Positions 11,601 to 20,435 of a stretch of DNA of 39,245 nt are shown piece after piece (the first letter of the stretch is position 1; the number at the start of each line of letters is the position of its first letter). Origin of the DNA: Catajapyx aquilonaris (taxonomy: Eukaryota); contig KZ538943.1 of assembly GCA_000934665.2 (NCBI GenBank), forward strand, positions 1 through 39,245. The letters run 5' to 3'. A model generated the notes under the pieces. That model ran no database searches and had not been told where the DNA came from. It was given only the letters and a program-made list of their open reading frames with translations. The translations under genes were made by a program, and so were the position numbers.

Positions 11601-14600
11601 TGTACAGATCAGGTTACTGAAACCTGCTGGTCCACCGGGAAAGAAATGCAATTTATTACACGGTTAAGCTCTTCTTGGCGTGGCAGAGCGGAGATTCGAG
11701 CTAACGTCCGCATGAGGAAATTGTGTGCTTCCGGGACGTAGGGCATCTCGCCCCCCAAAAATATATATTTCCAAGCCTAATCCTCTTAGAATTGGTTTCT
11801 ACACAAGTAGGCCGCGGAAGATGCGGCAAGGTTCCAGGCAAATATTGCGAACATATAAAAAATCGGTTGATTTATAGCCACTTACAGCTTCCCTAACAAA
11901 GGAGGCCAGAGGGAGGGCATCGCCACTAATCTACAACGAGTCTAATCACCATCGCAACCTATCACACGCAGCAGCCCCCGATTCAACTAATTCTAACGGC
12001 TGGAAAATCAGCGAAATAGACTTCTGGAGAACTGCTCCCCAACCAACCGTCCATAGAAAAAGCAATAAGTATTATACGATCATGGGAAGCGAGAGCAGTC
12101 CCTTATTATGAGACGACGGTAAAAAGAAGCCCCGAGCCAATTAATTCGGCCAGGGAAAATAATTCTCATCCTAGACTAAATTAGGAGGGTTATGGCGGTT
12201 TTTTCGGATGACAACTCCTAAAGTATAGATATTTGTGAAAATATGATATGTAACCGTGAGCTGTTTTAGCTTCTCATTTAATTGGCTTATATGGTTAACC
12301 AGCATCATGATGACTCGTGTCTGTCTACAGTTCGCGATGCACTGACACTGAAGGCAAAATTGATATTTTTGCCAGGTTCAACCCAAACGTATAATTTGAT
12401 TCGTGCTACTTGCTTTCACACACACAAGCAGAAACTAATGAATCCCATTCCTTGTCATCATCATCATCCCTGCCATGCACTGTAATTACATATTCTGCTC
12501 CAGTTTGTGTGTGTGTTCTTGTCTTCAATAAGGTCTGGGGACGGAAACAGGTGTGTTACTGTAACTCTGGGGACGTTGACCCAATTGTGGGGACATTTTC
12601 GGTCCCCACAGCTTGACCCACGAGAATATCACCGTTACAGTGGGGACATATACCCACTATTTCGTTTTGCAGGGTTTCACAAAAGTCCATTTCTCTCAGC
12701 CTAGGTTGGTTAGGGTAGGTTAGGTTAGGTTAGGTTAGTTTACACTCGCTACGAAAAGTTCAGTTTCCACGTCCCCCACACCTTAGTGAAGACAGGTCAA
12801 CATGTATGTGTGTGTGTTGGGGGGGGGGGGGTAAAAACTCCAAAATGTGACGATGAGGCGAGTAACAGCGCCAAAATGGACATGCGGCTAGGTTATGATC
12901 ATCATCTGAAGACAGCCATTTAAGATGGCCTGGCATCTGGCAGAGACAAGAACGACCAGTGGTGGAGTGTTTTAGCTTTTTGATGGGAGCCTCCATTTTT
13001 CAAAGGAAAACTTTGTTCCTGGCAGCTAGGAGCTGCCACAAGGGGGGCGTGAAATCCATATGGCGACTTTAGAGATCCTATTCAAGTTTTCGCAGGGTGA
13101 GGTGGAGTAGTAGGGTAAAGCTGTAGCTGGGTGAGAGAGCGTGGGGGGGAGGGAGGAGGGTTGGCCTTTTAATTTATGTCCCGAGCTGCTTGCAATTTCA
13201 AAGTTTCGCCGAGTGCTCATTCCATACCATTCTGGTGCATGGCCCGGAGCCGGCCTAATTAACGCCAGATTCTCGCCCAAAGTATCTCTCACACACATGC
13301 ATTTTGTAGGCTTGTGGGTGAGGCAGTGACAAGCGACAGTCCTGCTCCGTTAACAAGCAGTTACCGGGCATTTTTGCGGGCGTGCCTTTTCCTCCAGCCT
13401 AAAAAAGGGGGTACGTTAAACATTTACAAAGCGGCAATGGACCTGAAAGAGTGAGCTGTTCTTCCGGATATGCCAAGGATTTCGAAGCATCCGCTTTCAA
13501 ATATGCATGTAATATCTCTGGCTGTAAAGTTGGCTTCGTTGATATTAATAAATCTTGCCCGTGATTCTGTCTTCACCAGAAGGGTATTCAATGCGGTTGG
13601 CAAACATGGCATCTAAATCCCTGGTATAGTCGCCGGAGAAAGCCCCAGGAAGCTTAACAACCACGAGTACCAATCACATATCTTCTGACTCAATATCTAT
13701 AGGAGTGTTTGATAAAGGTCGAAATAAGAGTCGAGGAGCTGGGAGACTGACCAGGGACTGGCGACTGGTTTACTTACGCCGGCACCAGGTGTCTCGCATG
13801 GACAGGTGTGGATCCGGCTTGGGCTCTCACAAGTCAGCCGCGCCGTATAGTCTAGAGCAGTGGTTCCCAACCTGGGGGTCGCGAAGCCTTTTCCGGGGGG
13901 TCGCGCGTTGCCGCGGTAATTTTTATAACTTAAAAAATTACTTTAAAAAATTGTAATAACAAATTTTGTAGAAAATTTCATCGCGAATGTTTTTTTTCAA
14001 CGCCTACTAACACTCGGGGAGGGAGGGGGGGTCGCAGGTTACTTGACTATCATAAAAGGGGGTCGCGACCCGAAAAAGATTGGGGACCACTGGTCTAGAG
14101 TCTCTATACAGGGTGTTTCAACTTCTTTGTCCGACCAGTTATCGGAAAATTGCACGTAGCTGCTACTTTGTAAGCAGTGACTTGCAACTGGTGATTTGTC
14201 GGAGGAATGGGGAATTGGGAAAAATAGGGTCACACATCCCATGGCATGTGTGACCCTCTTTTTTCCAGGCGTGACCCTCAATTTTCAGCGGGCAGCACGT
14301 ATGCTACTTCAACATACGATTCGCAGGGAATATTCCCCGTTCCTCCGAAAAATCACCGTCTGAAAGTCACTGCTTAAAAAGGAGCAGCTACGTGTAATTT
14401 TCCGATAACTGTTCCGGCGGACAAAAAAGTTGAAACACCCTGTATAGACCATAGATATTAAAGCTACCTTTAATATCTATGGTCTAAACGAGCCGGATCT
14501 GGTCTGGTGGCCGGTGAATGTGGAATCTACCATAAGTGAATTATTTTCATCCATATAAAGCGGCTGATTTTAAAGTTGCCTTTTGAATCGAAGGCGACTC

Positions 14601-17600
14601 AGCTTGCATGGCAACCACGTACTCATAACTAATGTTAAAAATCCAACAGCTTTGCCGAATATCCACGCAGCACATGCCTGAAGCATTCAAGCCCAACGGG
14701 GATTCGCAACAAGCCAATTAAGACTTTTCCAAACGAGTTGAAAGCTTTAGCGATATTGTGTGTGCGACGTACTCCGCACGGACTGAGCAAGCATGACGTG
14801 ATTGACGATGAAAATAGCACCGGTTTGCATAGAACTAGTTAACAACGAAACGGCAGCCACAAAAAGAAGCGTTGTTGTGAATACGAGCTCATTCGAGCGG
14901 AAACTATCCTAATCTGGGGACTCAGTGTGGCAGGACATTACCGGTTGTTTTCACGCAGGAATCTAGATGAGCCGTATCCATTTTGTCACGCTGGGAAAGG
15001 GTTTTGCAAAAAAAAATGGCCAATTTTTTATAACTGTCCTTTCGCCCTTAATAAACCCCACTTTCAGTAAGCCCCTAAAGACCGCGAGGTTGGGTCTAAA
15101 AAAAACTGTGAAATTATCGCATCCTGGTATACAGGACCGCAACCTTTTGGGTGTCGTTTGGGTTAGAGTGTTTGATACCCCCCCCNCCCCCCCCCCTGCA
15201 AGTCTTGGGCAAAAAAAGATACTTCCGTGCTCGTGTGATATAATAATCCACAGTGTCATGTACCCGGTGCCCTGTAATGCAGCCCTGATAACCGCCCGGG
15301 TTTAAATTTGGTTCCACGCACACACGACACATATCCACATGCAAACTTTCGCCACTTTCACGTGTGCTCAAAATGTGTATCCTGAATGAGGAAATTGCAG
15401 TCTTCCCAACTTGTTGCTGTTGTATTCAGCCGGCTAAATGGGCCATATAAAATGATGGTTTTTCTGTATATAGCTGAAAGATCAAGACGTGAGAAGTATT
15501 CGGTTTTTTGAGTTGAATTTTGGTCATATTATTGATGTACTGTACAGTGTACACGCCTCATAAATTAAGCACTGCATTTTGCAGCCCCCCGCACAATAAA
15601 GCAGATTAAATAATAATTTCATCGATGCCTTCAATTTTTTAGCAACTAAGCTTGGGGCCGAGGGCTTATATTGTATGTGCCACCTAATCAGTAGCCCTAC
15701 AAAAACCAATGTCCTCGTAGGATTTTGTATGTTGTCGCCCTAATATGTTGGTGCCTAGGTCTGAACCTACCGGTGCGTGGTGGACAGAGAGGTCAGATTA
15801 ATTTTAATCCTGCGGTGACATAAAGGACACCTCAGTTTTTTTTATAAAAAAAATCGTTGCGGCATCGGCAGGACTTTTTCTTGGCCTGCAATGCCTATCC
15901 TCGCACGAAAAAGAATGGCAATCAATAGTTATGGGAGATGTTCAGCCTTAAACGAGGGCTAGTAGCCTGGGGAAAATGGTGTTTGTAGTGTAGGTGACAC
16001 CAGCAGGAGGGAAAAAATGTGGACGATGGCCCAGAAACCAGGTCGCTGCACTTGTTTTTTTTATTGGCACTATCGGACACCCCCCCCCCCCCCCACCCCN
16101 CCCCCGCCCCGATTTGGAATGCTGTCGCCATCTGCGTCTGCCTTCAGCTCCAGTCGAGGCCAACTTTGCTCAAATCCTTTAATATGATATATCTAGCGCG
16201 CCGCCTCGAATTCATCAGCTGTTGTGGAATTTCTACCGACTCGCCTAGAAACGGATCTCTCAGCATCTGTCATATTGTTCGACCTTTGTGCAGTGCCTGG
16301 ATGTAAGCAAAGGCTGTTTCATCCTACGTTCTGTGATGTTTAAAAAGGGCAACGATGGAAGGAGCACCAAAATGTGGTACAATTTAAGGAAAGAAAATGC
16401 GACAAGAATAGTAATACCGGTATATTTTGTTCCAAATGTTTTTTTTTAGTGCAAGTGCTACTTATAGATTTAGATGGGATTGGCTTGCAGATATTCTTTA
16501 ATGAAATATCCTTTCATTTCGAGAGTGTGCCCATCACCTGATACTCTACCTGCTAGTGAGGAACGTGACATAACCACGTTATTGACATTATACAGGGTGT
16601 TTCAACTTTTTTGTCCGAACAGTTATCGTAAAATTGCACGTAGCTGCTACTTTGTAAGCAGTGACTTGCAAACAGTGATTTTTCGGAGGAACGGAAAATA
16701 TTCCCTGCGAATCGTAGGTTGAAGTGGCATACCCCGCTGAAAATAGAGGGTCAAGCCTGGAAAATAGAGGGTCACACATGCCATGGGATGTGTGACCCTC
16801 TTTTTCCCCATTCCCCATTCCTCCGACAAATCACCGGTTGCAAGTCACTGCTTACAAAGTAGCAGCTAAGTGCAATTTTCCGATAACTGTTCGGACAAAA
16901 AAGTTGAAACACCCTGTATAGTAATCCACGCGGTTTGGAGTATAGTGCACTCCAATTAGGGGATTAAATAAAATAGCCATTACACATTTTGAATGAGTTT
17001 TTGTTGCATTTCAAAATGCTAACTATAGCATTTCAAAGCAGCAGAAGAGCTGAAAACCCGACAAACTGCATAAAGCATAGCGAATCCCTGGTTTATTACA
17101 GTGTCCAAATTCTTTCATAAAGACCAGGCAGACACTGTAACATCATGTGGCGTCCTTTCTAAATCACCCAACGTGCCTAAAATGAAGGCCAACACTGCAA
17201 TACTACCGAGGCGAGCTTTTTTTTTACCTCCCTAAATAAAACATAGCCCGCACTGTAACAGTGTCACTTTCCAAATCGAATCGGATCCACATCTAAAGGA
17301 AACACAGTCGACCCTGTAATAGTGGCCCTTTTCTAAATCAAATACGGTTGGAATGAACTTGACTGCCACTCTTGAAATCCCCTCTGCCAACCTGAATCAA
17401 AGAAAGTTTTTACAGCAAAATCACTGTACATCAGGCGTAGGATCGTCGCAATTATTTTGCACGTATTACAGTCGTTCAGTCAACTGGTACCATAGCAGGC
17501 TCATGAAAGTCCCCCGTAATCACACGCTGGTTGAAAAACTTCACGGATGCAACCAGTGACATGTGAGTCGGGAATTTGTGATTGTCGGAGCGTGCAACGA

Positions 17601-19548
17601 GCATTTTGTTCCTCTCGCTCGGCTGTTACAGCGAGTGACGGAAACCGCCGCCAGTCTCGATAGCCATTTAATACCTTGCCGGATCATGACGCCCCATCAG
17701 CTCCTCCGGAACAAATAAATGTTCAGAGAACTCGCCTTTTTTACCCAGTCTTCAAACATAATGGTGATATTAACCAAAGGTATGTAAAATAGCTGAACAA
17801 AATTTATCAAAGTATCACTTTATGTCAGCTTCAAACGCTTGAAATTTGAATCCTCATGATACACCTTGTATACTGCCACATTATCTTAGGTGTGAACAGG
17901 AAAATGACGCTATAATTGCGACAACTCTAGAAATATTCTGATGCGCCAGCCCTTACGTTTCCCAAGCTCCAAAATCCCGCGTCACCCACTTATTCTTTCA
18001 GCAGGCATCTTTTATTCATCGTCATCAAGCTCTTTACCCAGAATCGGAAGCGAGTGGTGATGATGCCATTACTATTTGCGTCTCATTCTGAATGCACAAG
18101 TCCCGTTGTGAAGTCGAAACGAGAGCAAGCTGCTTTACCTCCCTTTAGTCTGATATAATTTTGTATTTTGGATGCAACTTGCCCATCGCAGTCTCTCAAA
18201 CGATCCCCGCCGGGAGTCGAACCCAGGATCATACCCATACCAAATGGATTTTGCTCGCCTCTTGAGCTCGGGAACTTGGCGACAAAGCGATGGGCAAGGC
18301 TGTTGTTTCTGTATGATATCAGATGCCCTTATATATCAACTTGCTCGTTAAAATGCACCAACTTTACCCGATTCTTTTCGAACATGCTTGTTATTATCGG
18401 GTAGTGGATTCAAGTTGCTGCAGGTTATGAGGGTTCAACCGACTCTCACTTGAACTCCGCACGGGATTTGCAACGTTGGCTATGACCGGAATTTCCTTTC
18501 GCTTCCACCCTCTAAAAAATACGTGCCGGCTTCGCAACAGGAGCAAAAGTTGCATTCGTGAGCGATTCCTCTCCTTGTCACACTGTAGAAGTGACGGGCA
18601 AGAAACCGCGATGCGGGGGTCTGTAATGAGGAAATGTCTCGCGCATTTTTACTCTCATTTTCTTCTCCATCTTGAGTTCTATTCTTGTTCGACACGTCTT
18701 TCTCTGAAGTCTTCAAAAAGCTTTCGCGCCTTGCTGCAACACCCGAATATGCAGTACAGCACGCTATGGTTCTAAATTTTGCACGTATCGGCACACAAAA
18801 GTTGTACTTTTGAAATGTGGCGCTTTGTGGCACAATTATTCGCCGCACATTTTCCAGTTGGCAAGTTTTCTCAGTCCAGTGCGCAATAAGGCAACCACAT
18901 ACAGTTAGCTTTATGCTGTTCTCTCTCCACCCTCGGGCTCAACATAGCGCACCTGTTGCTTCATCACAGCGGCAATGAAACTGATATATCAAAAGCTGTA
19001 GCATAATGGAATCGAAATTGCATTCGTACCTTGCATACCGGTATATGGATTTCCGCGCTGTTAAGAGAAAGAGCGAGCACATCACAGCCGTTACGAGAAA
19101 GACGGCCTCACAGCCGTTAGGGGAAGAACCGCGGTCCTACTAGCCTTTATGGAAAAGACGGCCTCACAGCCGTTAGGGGAAGAACCACGGTTCTACCAGC
19201 CGTTACGGGAAAGACAGCCTCACAGCCGTTAGGGGAAGAACGCGGTCCTACCAGCCGTTACACGAAAAACCACTCTCCTAACGGCCATTATGGGAAAGAC
19301 CTGGTTTTATCATTGTCCATAATCGGAAATGTGGGTTGCTCACCCCAAACATGGACACTCCAGCTGTAAGGGCGCTCCTCGCTCTTTGAATCCGCTTCGG
19401 CGTCCTTGCCCTCGGCGTCGCTTCCGGTTTCTGGCAGGGTTCGCCATTTCTTGATCAGCTCTCGCGTCCGGTCCCGCGTCTTGTCGCAGGCCTGACGCCA
19501 GTTGCTTAGGATCTTCTTGGAAATCCTTACCGAGGAACTCCTCTCCAT
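2460..19548 (-). CDS. Sarcoplasmic calcium-binding protein / calexcitin-family EF-hand protein, 6 coding exons, 347 aa: join(19344-19548,11212-11393,10129-10255,8101-8289,2952-3064,2460-2687)
   Basis: All introns are GT-AG with matching phases (1,0,1,1,0); total 1044 nt. Family motifs: LSDFQKAKFTHFFRHVL-DMNHDNVISAED (EF1), VNLEEWLDAW, LEDFPLWLQYFPRIFFQIA-NRNGSGVVSKEE (EF3), and C-terminal FLLGRAPHGPGQFIFG. An in-frame TAG lies upstream of ATG 19548. Confidence 0.92.
2952..3064 (-). CDS. SCP/calexcitin-like gene, coding exon 5
   Basis: TTTTCAG|GC...TCG|GTGAGT; encodes (G)SGVVSKEELGLFYTSFMGFDPTVVRDGLDEVYNGMTS. Confidence 0.92.
3241..4115. mobile_element. Non-autonomous TIR DNA transposon with TA flanks (Tc1/mariner/pogo-type), ~875 bp
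   Basis: Perfect inverted ends GGGGAGACCGGGGCACAGTGGT / ACCACTGTGCCCCGGTCTCCCC, each bordered by TA. Internal copies of the GGGCACAGTGGTCC motif occur at ~3431-3467 and ~3759-3775. No transposase ORF. Confidence 0.85.
4446..4601. mobile_element. piggyBac-like MITE (156 bp)
   Basis: TTAA on both sides (4442-4445, 4602-4605); termini CCCTGTAATGCC / GGCATTACAGGG; internal 34-bp perfect inverted repeat. Confidence 0.85.
6506..6770 (-). mobile_element. Microsatellite-associated non-autonomous element with CCTAA/TTAGG repeats, copy 1
   Basis: Its reverse complement aligns with 12514-12802 (GTCTTCAAT.AG.TCTGGGGACGGAAA...CTCAGCCTAGGTT.GTTAGGGTAGGTTAGG). It abuts (CA)n and has internal TTTGAAAATGTCCCC tandem repeats. 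Confidence 0.7.
7463..7797 (+). mobile_element. tRNA-derived SINE family A, copy 1 (B box deleted)
   Basis: Homologous to 9292-9672 and 20083-20435; TSD TAAGTAGAAAAA at 7451-7462 and 7798-7809. Confidence 0.88.
8101..8289 (-). CDS. SCP/calexcitin-like gene, coding exon 4
   Basis: TTTTCACTCAG|GT...AATG|GTGAG; encodes WMSPSLL...YVNLEEWLDAWGHLV...LWLQYFPRIFFQIANRN. Confidence 0.92.
9292..9672 (+). mobile_element. tRNA-derived SINE family A, copy 2 with (GA)n tail
   Basis: A box TGGCCGAGATGG and B box GGTTCGATCCC; body shared with the other copies; (GA)n tail ~9632-9672; imperfect TSD AGATATGGGCGG / AGATAGGCGG. Confidence 0.88.
10129..10255 (-). CDS. SCP/calexcitin-like gene, coding exon 3
   Basis: CCCTCCCGGCAG|CGG...TCAG|GTTCGT; encodes RIRHYADWTPDSVEFNILKEVHSGFLECFLTRQPGGGSRRSS. 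This frame is not in the ORF track. Confidence 0.9.
11212..11393 (-). CDS. SCP/calexcitin-like gene, coding exon 2 (EF-hand 1)
   Basis: TGTCTTTCAG|CC...GAG|GTACAG; encodes TWVQRG...FLSDFQKAKFTHFFRHVLDMNHDNVISAEDFDALNE. Confidence 0.93.
12514..12802 (+). mobile_element. Microsatellite-associated non-autonomous element with TTAGG repeats, copy 2
   Basis: Imperfect ~35-bp terminal inverted repeats (TGTCTTCAATAAGG...GGGGAC / GTCCCC...CCTTAGTGAAGACA), (TG)n on both sides, and a TTAGG-like run at 12701-12739. Confidence 0.72.
13858..14092. mobile_element. hAT (Charlie/Buster-type) MITE, 235 bp
   Basis: Termini CAGTGGTTCCCAA / TTGGGGACCACTG; exact 8-bp TSD GTCTAGAG (13850-13857, 14093-14100). Confidence 0.92.
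14109..14442. mobile_element. Tc1/mariner-type MITE, copy 1
   Basis: TA|CAGGGTGTTTCAACTT...AAGTTGAAACACCCTG|TA with ~100-bp imperfect TIRs; second copy at 16593-16916. Confidence 0.92.
14445..14486. repeat. Perfect 19-bp-stem hairpin
   Basis: TAGACCATAGATATTAAAG-CTAC-CTTTAATATCTATGGTCTA. Confidence 0.85.
16593..16916. mobile_element. Tc1/mariner-type MITE, copy 2 (inverted relative to copy 1)
   Basis: Same TIRs and TA flanks; the interior is the reverse complement of 14109-14442. Confidence 0.92.
17131..17340. repeat. Degenerate ~60-bp tandem repeat (~3.5 units)
   Basis: (A)CACTGTAA-like motif at ~17131, 17191, 17251 and 17311, with recurring TTT(C)TAAATC and CTAAA blocks. Confidence 0.45.
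18203..18280 (-). mobile_element. Degenerate tRNA-like (SINE head) remnant
   Basis: B box GGTTCGACTCCC within CCTGGGTTCGACTCCCGG on the minus strand; no intact cloverleaf or CCA. Confidence 0.35.
19085..19270. repeat. Minisatellite, 56-bp dimeric unit (26+30 bp), ~3.2 copies
   Basis: Alternating CAGCCGTTACGRGAAAGACGGCCTCA and CAGCCGTTAGGGGAAGAACCGCGGTCCTAC subunits starting at 19085, 19111, 19141, 19167, 19197, 19223 and 19252. Confidence 0.9.
19344..19548 (-). CDS. SCP/calexcitin-like gene, first coding exon (exon begins at acceptor 19604)
   Basis: Encodes MERSSSVRISKKILSNWRQACDKTRDRTRELIKKWRTLPE...WSVHVW, donor G|GTGAGC. A (CT)n-TGTTGCAG acceptor at 19605 implies a further upstream 5'UTR exon. 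Confidence 0.88.
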
Positions 19549-20082
19549 TGGATCAGCGCTGGTCTACCGTTTCAGGCCTGTAGCCTGACTTCTCTGGATA
19601 GCATCTGCAACAGAGAGAGAGAGAGGGTAAACTATTGTCGGTGGGGCTGGAAAACGGAACAGCAAATACAGAAAAAGGGGAAAGAATGCGTCCTGATATC
19701 GATCCGCAAATTGTCATTGAATTTTTGGGCTGACAGAACCTCGTGGTGCCTTTTTCTCATTGTAAGGAATTCGGGAGAAAACATTTTTTAAAGATATCGG
19801 TTAGATTAAGCTCTTGATTAAACGCACTGACTGTTGAAGTTATTCCACAAATTGCTGCCAGAACTTAGATTAATTATCCGAGCCAACATACCGCAAGTAT
19901 TGAATATGGCAGTGTTGTGGAAGAAAAACATACAGTAGCCTGCATTACGGATATCACGCTGAGCCTAGCTGGTATAAAACAATATAAATGAGTTATGCAG
20001 AAAGTGTCAATTGTTAAAACGTACAAAACTACTGATACATTACGAGTATACATACACGAGTATTCGTATAGCATACGTATAT

Positions 20083-20435
20083 TTATTTATTTATTTAATA
20101 CCCCGTGATAGAGACCTGGGGGCCCTTTTAGGGGGGTGGAATACCACCAATTTTAAAAATCTGTTTTTCTGACATTTTCTTCATCGCCGGTGCAGGGAAG
20201 AAAGGACATGAGGTAGGGATAGGGATTTCTGGGGAGGAGACAAGGGTGCAGGTGCAATGTCTTAAACGCTGGGCCATGTGCAGTCTCCCTGGAGGTTAGG
20301 TTGCCAGACGCCTCCAAGGCGCGGGTCAGAGACCCTCCTGACGCAGGCGAAAGGGAACTCCCGGGCGGGGTTCGAACCCGGGACCTTTCGCACAGCAAGC
20401 CGAGACGTTACCATCTCGCCCACTGCGCCTCCCCG
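20083..20435 (-). mobile_element. tRNA-derived SINE family A, copy 3 with (TAAA)n tail
   Basis: A box TGGGCGAGATGG, B box GGTTCGAACCC; TSD ATTCGTA(TA)GCATACGTATAT at 20062-20082 and 20436-20454. Confidence 0.9.

Noticed and set aside
15178..15196. Poly-C tracts with a single N (also ~16100, ~27136) as G-quadruplex elements
   Set aside because: Lengths are unreliable because these are contig joins in homopolymers.
19085..19270. CRISPR-like repeat/spacer pattern
   Set aside because: The intervening sequences are themselves repeated, the context is a eukaryotic intron, and there are no cas genes.
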